A DNA stretch of 64,000 nt from Orbicella franksi (taxonomy: Eukaryota): positions 8,680,001-8,744,000 of the forward strand of contig OZ116709.1 in assembly GCA_964199315.1 (NCBI GenBank), written 5' to 3'. Shown here piece after piece: positions 25,346-36,760 of the stretch. Below the pieces are notes generated by a model. That model saw nothing but the letters and a program-made list of their open reading frames with translations, did no database searches and was not told the origin of the DNA. Made by a program: the position numbers and the translations under genes. How positions within the stretch are numbered: position 1 is the first letter of the stretch; each line of letters starts with the position of its first letter.

Positions 25346-27730
25346 TGTTCCCTCACTCCTGGGGATAACCCCGGGTACGGGACCAGCAGCCCCTTTCTCC
25401 TACACCTGACGGTGATAACATCATTTTAATTTCTAGATACCCTTTCGAAAATTTATTTAGAGGTGAATTCATAAGAATAAAAAGGACTTGATAACTCGAA
25501 ACCAAATTCTCCAAAGGATAATAAATCAAGAGTAGTTTTGATCCAAACTGTGCGCAACAAAATTAGGACTGCAAATCAGAAGTTATCAAAATAATGTGAA
25601 AAGACTAACCAGTCAAAGTCTGAAGCCATAGCATTCTTCATGATTAAATTACCAGGAAACTATATAATTTAGTGAATAAAATAAGATAAATGGTTTATTA
25701 AAAAATACACACTTAGCAGTCATTCGACTGAATTACGTCTGGAAATTAAAGGCTACTAGTGAATTACACTAAAAATTATGCAAGGTAATTTAAAAACTAT
25801 TTACAAAGCATGGCTATTAATAAAAGACTTTCTAAAGCGACCAGTCCGAAATAGTGGAATATTAAAACTTCTCTCGTTTCTCAGACGCTGCATGAGTGTG
25901 AGAAGTGGCCAGCGGAGGAAGTAGATTGGCCAGTTTGTTTTGTTCGTTGTTGACAATGACGTTAAATAATTTAACAGACAAGAGTTCACGTCTGTCTTTG
26001 TGGTTGTCTGTTTGGTACCTGATGAGGCCAGATAACTTACGGACAATAGGAGTTAGTAGCATAGGACACTTCCTTAAATATACGAGGAAAATATCATGAT
26101 TTCTTCTTTGGATTGAGAAACAAGCTCTACTGAAAAATAATGTATATAATTTTATTGAGAAAAGTATGTAGATTGCATAGAAGCCCTCCATCTGCATAGA
26201 TCAGTCAGTTGATCTCTTCTAATACTTTATGGAAAGCCGGTTTGCAATTAAAGATATAAATTCATCGGTTGTTTTAGAAAGAAATATGGAATATATTCCG
26301 CTAAGTAGAAACACAGGACGAAATTTACAATTCAGTCATTGACACTACCTCCTGGGCTTTCCAATCAAAAATAAACCATACAATTCACATTATTTGGGGA
26401 CAATTAACAAACAGCTGCAAAACGACAACCTCGCACCTTAGCTTTTCTTGACGAATTGTGCTCCATTTGTTTTTATGCATATGTCTGTATTAGTAATAAC
26501 CTCTTCCTTTTCCGGGAAACCCGAAACATGTTTTGTACATAACAAAGGGTTCTTTTGGCATGTTACAAAATAAAATCTGTAGAATCAATTCACTTGTCAT
26601 GTGTTTTATGTTAAGTTGCGAAAAGCTTGGAGGAGTTTTTACAATCCGAGCTGCTATTCAACGGGCCGAGAGAATTCTTGTGTAATTCAAGAACAACCAT
26701 ACTCTTTATAGACATTTCCCCCCCCGCCCCAACCCCCGCCCCCTCTTTCTCAGGAGACTATCATATTTTTCGAAGAAAGATAGCTTTTCTAGGCGACGCG
26801 CTATAAATAGGACGTTCTTTGCCTTGACTGGTCAGTATTATACTTGCAACCTTCTGCCGCTGCATTTTTACATTTTGTAACTCGAAAATGAAATTCAAAG
26901 GGTAAAATCCCTACGTGTTTGTATTTCACAATACAAAGGGTTTTTACCTTTTTCAGTTTCGGCTTCCAAAGGTCGACAGACAATATTGAGCTGATTAGTT
27001 CCAAGCAGTGATGGAGGTGACTGTATTCAGGTTATGGCTACGCCATGGTAACGCGAAAATATTTTCTCAGCCATCTCGGGTCACGCATTTTTTTCTGAGA
27101 AACGCGTGCACGACTACTTCGAGAAAATAACTTCCACCCAAACTTATACTGTGTTAATGTTCCACTTTCGTTCGATAATTGTCGAATTCTTTTTCTTTCT
27201 ATCGTTATTTATACCACTATGAAAAGCTTAATGGAACTTAGTGGCGGCTATAACACTTTAGAATACTTTTCTCCTGGAGAAAAGAATGCGTGACGTGAAT
27301 GAACTGTGGTGCGAACCTTCGATATTTCAGCAAGGGGTTTTCCCAGCCGGGTATTTTCTCGCTGAAAGTTGAACTTGAAAGTTTGCATAAATTAACATTT
27401 TATCCCTTTGCTGTTATTGATGAGAAAAATGAACCAATCAGCGCACGAGAAATTATGTAAAAAAATTCGTTTTCGGTCCATTCAGTTTCGATATTTAGAA
27501 TGTTGTCATAATTTTCGCGCGCGTGACAGCACATCACATTTGCAACCCTTAACACGTGATCACCCTGTATATCAAGCACTCCGTCTTGTCTTTTGTCGAA
27601 GGAGCTGCTGTTGTTATTGTCTGTTGTTCAATCTCCTGCAATTATTCCGCTGTTTGAGAAAACTCTGGTTTCATAATTCATACCAGAGGTTGTTCGATCA
27701 AACTTGAAAAGCACACAACAATGATCTGAG

Positions 27731-28591
27731 ATGATTCCGCAAGACAACACGCACATCCGCTTTCGTTTCAGCCTCGTTTTGTTCTTGGTTTTCTTGTTAA
27801 CGTCTCCAACACAATCATCCAGTGCGGAAAAAAGTTGCGCTGCGGTATCACTGGCCTGGGGTGGCGTCGAGGTAAAATTTCCCCTTGGTAAAGATCCTCA
27901 GTTTGTGCGCAACCTTACCGACTGTTTCAATGGCGTCAAGAAAATAGGAAGTGAAATTCAAGTTATTTTAAAAGAGCTACCGGAGCTGATAGATAAAGTA
28001 CTTCCTGTTGCCAAGAAAGAAGGTCTGGTTCTGCTTTCTCTGTATCTTCTTTACAAGAGCTTCATATTGTATAACGAGACAGTGATCTTGGAGGTAAACG
28101 TAAGGACCTATCGCGACAAGTTGGACGCGCTGGAGAAAGAAATGAAACCGTTCAGAGACTTCATAGACACCGAGCTTATTCCACAGTGGGAAGAAGGTAA
28201 CATTGCTAACTTGGAAAAGCTCACCAAGAATTTGCTGCAAAGAATGGGTCGCTTTTCTACAGAAATCCAAGGGTTGACTCAAGACATTCGTCGGGATTAC
28301 ATTCAGGGCGGAAGTAATCAAAGGTTTTCCGCTTTCCTTGCTGTTAGCGGAGGCGTCCTTTGTGTGCATAACTTAGTCCAGACTCCTTACCCAAAAATTT
28401 CGGTCCCGGTATGTGGTGCTGCTCTCAGTATTGCTGGTTTCAGTTGGAGGAGCTACAGTTCTCTTTGCCAAACCCTCCCAAAGTTGGAGTTGCTAGAAAA
28501 GGACTCCACAAAGATGAACGAAGAAATAACGAGCTATCAGACAAAAATTGATCTCGCCAAGATGAGAGCAGAACTAAGAGGTGAACTCTAA
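27731..28591 (+). CDS. Array copy B, intronless, 286 aa, uncharacterised secreted or membrane-active helical protein
   Basis: Intact ORF; RFRF n-region plus hydrophobic core then SP; heptad-rich helices; hydrophobic hairpin; four paralogs in the window. Confidence 0.85.
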   Translation: MIPQDNTHIRFRFSLVLFLVFLLTSPTQSSSAEKSCAAVSLAWGGVEVKFPLGKDPQFVRNLTDCFNGVKKIGSEIQVILKELPELIDKVLPVAKKEGLVLLSLYLLYKSFILYNETVILEVNVRTYRDKLDALEKEMKPFRDFIDTELIPQWEEGNIANLEKLTKNLLQRMGRFSTEIQGLTQDIRRDYIQGGSNQRFSAFLAVSGGVLCVHNLVQTPYPKISVPVCGAALSIAGFSWRSYSSLCQTLPKLELLEKDSTKMNEEITSYQTKIDLAKMRAELRGEL

Positions 28592-28722
28592 ATCTACTGA
28601 TTATCCCCTTTTATACTGCCCCTTTATTCTTGTGGTCAGTATTGAAGTTCTCCCTACTCGTTTTTCCATTCAACCCTTAATTGTAGAACCTGCAAGGCAA
28701 GTTACTTAAACTAGTGACACTA

Positions 28723-29154
28723 CCGGGGAAGGGGGGCGGGGGTATTCCCTTATATGGGCTATATAGGTATGTGCGGCCCAGGGTATGGTTTTTCAGCCGT
28801 TTTGGTCATAAATAGGGTATGGTTTTTGCACTCTAGTCTTGATATGGGTATGTTTTGAGAAGAAGCTACTTTTTCATCATTATCGATAAGACCATCGAGA
28901 AAAGCTCTTCATAAATTATGTTTACAGCAATTTAACATTGGTCTGAACTAGGGAACTAATTATAAGGCAGGTCTGAAGCAGGGTATTGATTTAAGGGTCA
29001 GGCCATAAATAGGGTATCAAATTTTTGGTCAGGTCATAAGTAGGGTAGGGAAAATCGCAGACTTTGATCATACATAGGGTAAGGGTTTTGGGAAGCGGGT
29101 TGCACACCGGTACCCCCACCCAATTTTTCTGAGAGTACACCCCCTCCTCCCCGG
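28723..29154. mobile_element. Intact MITE with CCGGGG..GTACTC-type TIRs and 7-8-bp TSD GACACTA(C)
   Basis: GACACTA at 28716-28722 and 29155-29161; internal GGTCATAAATAGGGTA repeats. Confidence 0.8.
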
Positions 29155-29677
29155 GACACTACTATCTAGACAATTTCGCAATGATGGTCATTTCCTAAAT
29201 TCTTATGATCTATTACTGCTTGTACATGTTGATATTTATAGAGGGGCTTTGTTTCTCACTGGTTAGTTTGCATTTTAAAACTTTAAGGATCTACATAGGG
29301 TTCTGCAACATTCCATGTAACTGTGGAAAAAGCGATTGCAAGGCAAGCTCTTAAGGCAGTCATTTTCAAGTGTACCATCACCATATGAATGAACGTAAGT
29401 AACTTCTGAACAAATTTGACATTTAGTTTTACAGGCTAAATTAATCCTGTTCACTTTGTTCTTGGTTTACGATGAGCCGTTTTCCAATGAATGTTATAAA
29501 CCCAAATCCAAGTAGTCACTCATAACTTGCCAATTGCAGCAAAAGAAAATATATAACACAAAAAACCAAAGCGCGGGAAAAAAGTACAAGCCATATCACA
29601 AACAGCACGTTGGTACAAGTTCCGAGTCAATTATCGAGCCAAACAAATACAAACTACACATTGAATGTGCCTATCTG

Positions 29678-29780
29678 ACTGAATGACTGTCTGACTGACT
29701 GTCTGTCTGACTGACTGTCTGTCTGACTGACTGTCTGACTGACTGACTGTCTGTCTGTCTGACTGACAGACTGACTGATG
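29678..29780. repeat. (CTGA/CTGT)n microsatellite
   Basis: Directly visible. Confidence 0.9.
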
Positions 29781-30143
29781 GAACTGAATTGATTTGCACT
29801 GAACTGAAAATCAAACTGAAAATAATTGATCAAACTGAAAATTAAAACACAAAGCAAACAATAATTGAAAAGTTGCAAAAAAAATCAAAAAACAGTAAAA
29901 AGTATTAACAAGTGTTAAAATAATTTTGTTGTGAATTAGCAAGCATGTGTGAACCTTTTAGCACGGTGCTTTCACTTGATTGCCATTTCCGGCAAATTTT
30001 CTCTGCAATATAACTGCTATTATTCAAAGTTATTGTATGGTTGTAAGGTTCTGACTAACAATGGTAGTGTACATGAAGTGCAGATGTGAAATGTAACAAT
30101 AATTATTGATGATTATTGTTTCAACAGGTACCATTTTAAATAA

Positions 30144-30300
30144 ATAGAGCGGTTTTCAATTGAGTGTTGTAAAACCAAAACCAAACCAATTACTGACCAA
30201 TTAGACTACTCAGCCAATCTCAAACCGTAGTAAAACCAAAACCAAAACCAAAGTAATTATTGTCTAATTACTTTTGACACTCAATTGAAAACCGCTCTAT
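30144..30300. mobile_element. 157-bp MITE with perfect 24-bp TIRs
   Basis: ATAGAGCGGTTTTCAATTGAGTGT ... ACACTCAATTGAAAACCGCTCTAT. One-ended relatives occur near 33553, 38229 and 45228. Confidence 0.85.
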
Positions 30301-32060
30301 ACAGAATGAGATATAATAATTGTACCTATATACTGTAGTGAAAGAGGGTATCCCCCTCAACTAATTGAGGGCATTTTAAACTCCAAACATCAAATATTTG
30401 TATTCCTAACTTTTGACTATTTTGATAACTACATGAAGTAGTTGATGAAAGCACCATGGTTATTTCCTGCCTCATATTTGTTAATGCAATGAGTAGATAA
30501 ATGAAAGGTTTTTATATGTACTCAAAAAGTAGTATATTTATTTAAGTAGTGGTTTCATCTATCTTGTAACGTGCAGTGAAATGCACCTTTGAATAAATGT
30601 TTAAACTTAACACGGATTGCTGTTGTTACGTAAGATCTTTCTAAACTCATTATTTTACCCTCAGTCTCCTCCACTTTCCCCCCCTCCCTCACTATCACCA
30701 ATTAGCATCGTTCTTTTTCAAGGAAAATCAGTTATTGTTATGACTGCTCTTGCACCGCCTTCCTCCCTAAAAAGATGATTTAGTGAAATTAGAAAACGTG
30801 TTAGGATACCACTCAGTGGTCCGTTTTGGTACCTCATGGAGCTAAATATAACTGAAGGACAACAGGGGTAAGCAGCGTAGGAAACCTCCTGAAATATACG
30901 AAGGAAGTATAATGATTCCTCCTTTCGATTAAGAAAAAAGCTCTGCTGACCTAAGTTTAAAATTCCTACATGCAAGTACAGTACTCCTCCCCTTTAATTT
31001 CTAAACTTTCCTATCCCCACCCCCACCCTCACGATAATACAGGAGATCATCATGTTTTGCGATCTCGAAGACGCACTAGAAATCGTAAATTCATTTACTC
31101 TTGGTTCTTTGTTTTGATTGGTCGTTCCTGCCACTAAATTTTGACACATGGTAGCTCGAAAACGAAATTTACCCTGTTTGTTTGTATTTCACAATACCAG
31201 GGGTTTTTCCCCCTTTTGATTTTGTTTTCACGCTTCCAAAGGTCGAGAAACAATATTGAACCTTCTTGTCATCACAGAGTAGTTTTAGATACAGGTGTAT
31301 CACGTTATGACTGCACTATCGTAACGTGAAATCGAAAAGTGTTTCTACAGTTATCACCGCAGGTCACATTTTTCTTAGTAAGAAGTGTGCGACTTGAATT
31401 AATTATTTCTACACAATAGCATTCACCCGACATTTAATTCACTTTCTTTCCTATTTCCAAACGACTCTTGGACAAGCATTATCCACTTCGTATTCTTACT
31501 ACTGTTATGTATATCGCTATCTCGATCCGAGTCGCTCCTTTTGCTCAGTTTTCTCCATTTGTTTTTATGCCGTGTCATGTATTAGCAATTAATATGCTCA
31601 ATATTGTAAACTATACCGATTATGGTACAACTAAAAATGGTTTCCGGGAAAACTGAAACAAAGAATTCTTTACTGCTTGCATAACAAAGGAGATCGATCA
31701 AAACATAGCTGTTTTTTTCCTGGAAGACGCGCTTTAAATAGGACGTGATTTTTCCTGATTGGGCGAAACTTGGGTGGCTAGAAAAGGGAAAAGTCCCTAC
31801 GCCCAAAGGGGTTTTTCCCGTTTTCAATTTGTTTGTCGAGCTTTCCTTCACAGTATTTTATACACGCGTGCTACATCCCCTTAACACGTGATCAACCTGT
31901 CTATAGGTCTCAATCACGCAGTCCCTCTAGTCCTTTGTCGTAGGAGCTGCTGTTGTTATACTTCTCCGCTGTTTAAAGGTTCATTCGGCGGTTTCATAAT
32001 TCACACCAGAAGTTGCTCAATTCACACCTGAATTTGAAAAGCACACAACACCAATCTGAG

Positions 32061-32954
32061 ATGATTCCTCAAGGCATCACGCACTTCCGCTTTCGTTCAA
32101 GCGTTGTTTTGATCTTGGTTTTCTTGCTAACGTCTCCAACAGAAGTATCCAGTGAGGCAAAAAGCTGCGCTGCTGTAACACTGGCCTGGAATGGCTTCGA
32201 GGCAAAACTTCCCCTGGGTAAGGACCCACAGTTTGTGCGCAACCTTGCCGACTGTTTGAATGAAGTCAAGAAACCAGACAGTGAAATTCGAGGCATCATA
32301 CAACAGTTACCGGAGGTGATAGATAAAGTACTCCCTGTTGCACGGACAGACGGATTGGTTCTGCTTTCGATGTATTTCTTTTACAAGAGCTACTTATTGT
32401 ACGACGAGGCAAAGATCTTGGAGGTAAACGCAATGATCTACCGCGATAAGTTTGAGGCGTTGGAGAAAGAAATGAAACCGTTCAGAGACTTCATAGATAC
32501 CGAGCTTATTCCACAGTGGGAAGCAGGTAACACTGCTAACTTGGAAAAGATCGCCGAGGAGTTGCTGAAAAAGATTGGTCGCCACGCTGCAAGACTCCAA
32601 GAGTTGACTCAAGCCATTCGCCAGGATATCAAAACGGGCGGAAGCAATCAGAGGTGGTTCCCTTATGTTGCTGCTGGCGGATTTTTCCTCTGCTTGGGTT
32701 CGGTTATAGTTCGTCCAGCTCCTAACGTGGCCACTCCTCCATCTAGTGGTGTTCTCGGTGATGCTAGCTTCAGTGGGGTGAGCATTCCTATATGTATTCT
32801 TGCTATCGGTACTGCAGGTTACAGCTGGTGGAGCTACAGTTCTCTTAGCGATTCTACCCTTCCGGAATTGGAGAGGCTGGAAAAGGACGCGACGACCATG
32901 GGCCAAGAAATAACGAGGTATCAGTCACAACTAAAATTGATCTCGCTAAAATGA
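32061..32954 (+). CDS. Array copy C, intronless, 297 aa
   Basis: ATG in the same CTGAG-ATG context as copies B, D and E; intact ORF; 33-aa hairpin loop; C-terminus shifted by a 5-nt insertion. Confidence 0.85.
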   Translation: MIPQGITHFRFRSSVVLILVFLLTSPTEVSSEAKSCAAVTLAWNGFEAKLPLGKDPQFVRNLADCLNEVKKPDSEIRGIIQQLPEVIDKVLPVARTDGLVLLSMYFFYKSYLLYDEAKILEVNAMIYRDKFEALEKEMKPFRDFIDTELIPQWEAGNTANLEKIAEELLKKIGRHAARLQELTQAIRQDIKTGGSNQRWFPYVAAGGFFLCLGSVIVRPAPNVATPPSSGVLGDASFSGVSIPICILAIGTAGYSWWSYSSLSDSTLPELERLEKDATTMGQEITRYQSQLKLISLK

Positions 32955-33140
32955 GAGGTGAACTCTAAATCTACTGATTAACCCTTTATACTGCCCCTTC
33001 AAGCCAGCTGGTCAGCACTGAAATTCTCTCTAATGTTTCCGTACAGTCATTAGAGTACTTGTTAGGAGAATTGCTTTTATATTATCTCGGTAATTTCCCA
33101 ATAATGAACATTACCTAAATCTTTGACCTATCATTGATTA

Positions 33141-33536
33141 TGCACTCTTTTTTTTTTTTTTTATAAGAATATTGTTTTTCCGGCTGAGGCTGAATATTCT
33201 TATTTTTCTCCCGATTTTAGGCTTGTGAATATTCTTAGATTATAGCGTATGCATTCATAATTTGCATTTTTATTATTCCACAATTTCACGCATTTTTATT
33301 CATCGACGACTAGTTCAGGCAGTCGAAAGCTTGTAATTTTTCAATCGTTTCAGCCCGAGATCGTTTTAAGTTTTTACCATGTTTTATCCTGGCTGCGCCC
33401 CTTCAATATTTTCACACACAAAAAAATATTCCTTTCAAAATCTCAGCCTCGGGTTTTTTAAAATATTCTTAACATTTTGCAAATTTCAACCTCGATATTC
33501 ATATAAAATACATTCTTATAAAAAAGAAAGAGTGTA
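33141..33536. mobile_element. MITE (T(G/A)CACTC-T-run-ATAAGAAT TIRs) in 3' flank of copy C; also in the D (~37820-38214) and E (partial, ~44640-45210) units
   Basis: TGCACTCTTT..ATAAGAAT ... ATTCTTATAAAAAAGAAAGAGTGTA. Confidence 0.7.
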
Positions 33537-34504
33537 TGCATGTTGACATTTAGAGAGCGGTTTTCAATTGGTCGTCGTAAAACCGAAACCAAAGCTAATT
33601 AGAATTGGTTGCAAATACATGTAACAGCGTGTGGGCCAAACCGAAAACAACGCTACAAAGCCCAGTGTCTTGCTATCCTCTCAACAACTCTAAATTTCTG
33701 TAAAGGATACAAAGCTTCAGTTCTAAAAATTTGATGTTAATGCGAGGTAAATAGCTGACTTAGCTCAGTTTTTCTCTTCATTCGATTGACTGGCAGCTGA
33801 CTTGAGGCGCGGTAATAGGAAATTTGCTGCTAATCACGGTGATAAATTAAGCCATGTCGGAATCATTTCGACTGAAGCCTTTTGATCACTTATTTCAGCA
33901 GTGAGCTTGAGCAGTTGTCTAGCATATGCTGAGAAATTATACAAACGAAGAGCTAACAATAACACAAACCGACATCAATGTTGCGCACATTGACAAACGC
34001 AAAATATGGTCATTGATTTGCGTGTCGGCACGTGTGGAATAATTTATTTCTGAAGTATTATTGTAGATGATAGTGCAACTTGTAATGTTAAGTGAAATGT
34101 AATTAGATTTTAAGTTTCAACAGTTACTATTAATGAACACACAGGATATAAAATAATTATAGTAAAATACTGTAGAAAAAGGGAGAAGCCTCCACAACTA
34201 ATTGTGAGCATTTAGAAAGTCCACAAATCAAGCTATTGACTATTTTACACGACTAGATAGAGTAGCTGGTGAAAGCGACATTGTTATTTCCTTCTTTAAA
34301 TTTGTTGTCATGAGTAGGTGTATTGTAGATTTTGTTGCATTTTATTGTACTTTTAAATGTAATTTTTGTCATAATCCAATTACAAATTTTATCATGACTT
34401 TTTTATTTGGATAATTAACAACTACAAGCCCCACTGAGGAGTTTTGAAAAAAAATTATTGTATAAGGTACAAAACCAAAGCTAACGAGAATTCGTGGCAA
34501 GTAC

Positions 34505-34676
34505 CAGTGGTGGATCCAGACCTTGAGCTATGGGGGGGGGGGGGGGGGGGAGGGGCGTTTTGCTTTTTACCTCTCTTGCCGACTTTTCTTCCCTTTGCAA
34601 TTTTTTTGTTGTTTTTTTTTTTACCCAAAATAGGGGGGGGGGGGATAGGTGGGCCCCTCCCCTAGATCCGCCACTG
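34505..34676. mobile_element. MITE with CAGTGGTGGATCCAG / CTAGATCCGCCACTG TIRs
   Basis: Imperfect 15-bp TIRs, G-rich interior. Truncated copy at the orthologous site 46170-46295; 3' half at ~41380-41508. Confidence 0.75.
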
Positions 34677-36760
34677 AATGTAAATGTAATAGCGTGCGAG
34701 CGAAGCCGAAAAGGATGCCAGTAAGCCAAGTGTCTTATTCTCGTCTCAACAGTGCGTTTCTTTATTAATTTCCCTAAAGGACACAAAGCTTAAGTTCTAA
34801 AAGTTTGATGTTAACATATGAGAGATAAATAATCGATGACTTTTCTTATTCTAATCGCTTGATCTATTGACTTGAGGTGCGGTAATAGGAGTTTAGCTGC
34901 ATGACTACATAGAGTAGTTGGTCAAAGCTGTAAATTTGTTCTTGCAATGGGTCGGTTTATTGTAGATTTTGTACTTTCCTTACTGTAATTTTTATCATAA
35001 TCCAATTGCAATTTTTCTCATGACTTCTTATTTTAGATAATTAACGACGACAAGGAGCTTATAGATATAATTCGCACATGTATTTAATCAGCTCAAAAAG
35101 AGCACTATTTATATTTTAAGTGGGTGGTGTACTATATCTCATAATGTGAAATGAAGTGCATCTTTGAATAAATGTTAAAACTTGATAGTGCTCGTTTCTA
35201 AATAGAATTTTCTGTATACTGTTAAAGCACACCCATCCTTTTTGTAGACATTCCTACCCAAACTTTACCATAATACTGGAGATCAAGTATATTTCGAAGG
35301 AAAGGTTTTTTTTTTTCGAAGACGCGCTTTTTACCCTCAGTCTCCTCCACTTTCCCCCCCTCCCTCACTATCACCAATTAGCATCGTTCTTTTTCAAGGA
35401 AAATCAGTTATTGTTATGACTGCTCTTGCACCGCCTTCCTCCCTAAAAAGATGATTTAGTGAAATTAGAAAACGTGTTAGGATACCACTCAGTGGTCCGT
35501 TTTGGTACCTCATGGAGCTAAATATAACTGAAGGACAACAGGGGTAAGCAGCGTAGGAAACCTCCTGAAATATACGAAGGAAGTATAATGATTCCTCCTT
35601 TCGATTAAGAAAAAAGCTCTGCTGACCTAAGTTTAAAATTCCTACATGCAAGTACAGTACTCCTCCCCTTTAATTTCTAAACTTTCCTATCCCCCCACCC
35701 TCACGATAATACAGGAGATCATCATGTTTTGCGATCTCGAAGACGCACTAGAAATCGTAAATTCATTTACTCTTGGTTCTTTGTTTTGATTGGTCGTTCC
35801 TGCCACTAAATTTTGACACATGGTAGCTCGAAAACGAAATTTACCCTGTTTGTTTGTATTTCACAATACCAGGGGTTTTTCCCCCTTTTGATTTTGTTTT
35901 CACGCTTCCAAAGGTCGAGAAACAATATTGAACCTTCTTGTCATCACTGGGTAGTTTTAAATACAGGTCTATCACGTTATGACTGCACTATCGTAACGTG
36001 AAATCAAAAAGTGTTTCTACAGTTATCACCGCAGGTCACATTTTTCTTAGTAATACGTGCGCGTGCGACTTGAATTAATCATTTATACACAAGAGCATTC
36101 ACCCGAAATTTAATTAACTTCATTTCCCATTTCCAAACGACACTTGGACAAGCATTGTCCACTTCGTATTCTTACTACTGTCATTTACATCGCTATCTCC
36201 GAGTCGCTCCTTTTGTTCAATTTTGCTCCATTTGTTTTATGCCGAGTATCATGTATTAGCAAGTAATATACTCAATATTGTAAACTATACCGATTTTGGC
36301 GCAACTAAAAATGGTTTCCGGGAAAACCGGAACTTATTTTGTTAATAAAAAAGAATTCTTTTCTGCTTGCGTAATAAAGGAGATGGATCAAAACAAAGTT
36401 GTTTTTTTCCTGGAAGACGCGCTGTAAATAGTACGTGGTTTTTCCTGATTGGGCGAAACTTGGGTGGCTAGATAATGAAAAAGTCCCTAGGTCCAAAGGG
36501 GTTTTTCCCGTTTTCAATTTCGTTTGTTGACAAACGATATACGAGCTTCACAGCATTTTATACACGTCAGCTACATCCCCTTAACACGTGATCAACCTGT
36601 ATATAGGTCTCGATCACGCAGTCCCTCTTGTCTCTTGTCGTAGGGGCTGCTGTTGTTATACTTCTCCACTGTTCAAAGCTTCACTAGGCGGTTTCATAAT
36701 TCACACCAGAAGTTGCTCGATTCACACCTGAACTTGAAAAGCACACAACACCAATCTGAG

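Noticed and set aside
30718-30975. Identical 85-aa minus-strand ORFs at 30718 and 35394
   Set aside because: Identity is explained by the recent segmental duplication; no coding signature and absent from older units.
32001-32029. T-box half-sites TCACACCA/TCACACCT in the leaders of C and D, suggesting control by neighbouring Tbx4/5
   Set aside because: About two such 8-mers are expected by chance in 64 kb on both strands; absent in A, B and E; the two occurrences are one duplicated event.
32394-32906. 130-170-aa antisense ORFs overlapping copies B-E
   Set aside because: Shadow ORFs of the sense CDS; lengths and ends vary with sense-strand indels.
34444-34786. Gly/Pro-rich ORFs on both strands (also 41302-41586, 46075-46425)
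   Set aside because: Translations of G/C runs in a MITE.
36653-36760. N-terminal extensions of the track ORFs for C, D, E and the NLR
   Set aside because: They start at non-ATG codons in the leader; the conserved ATG context (CTGAG-ATG; AAAATGG) marks the likely starts.
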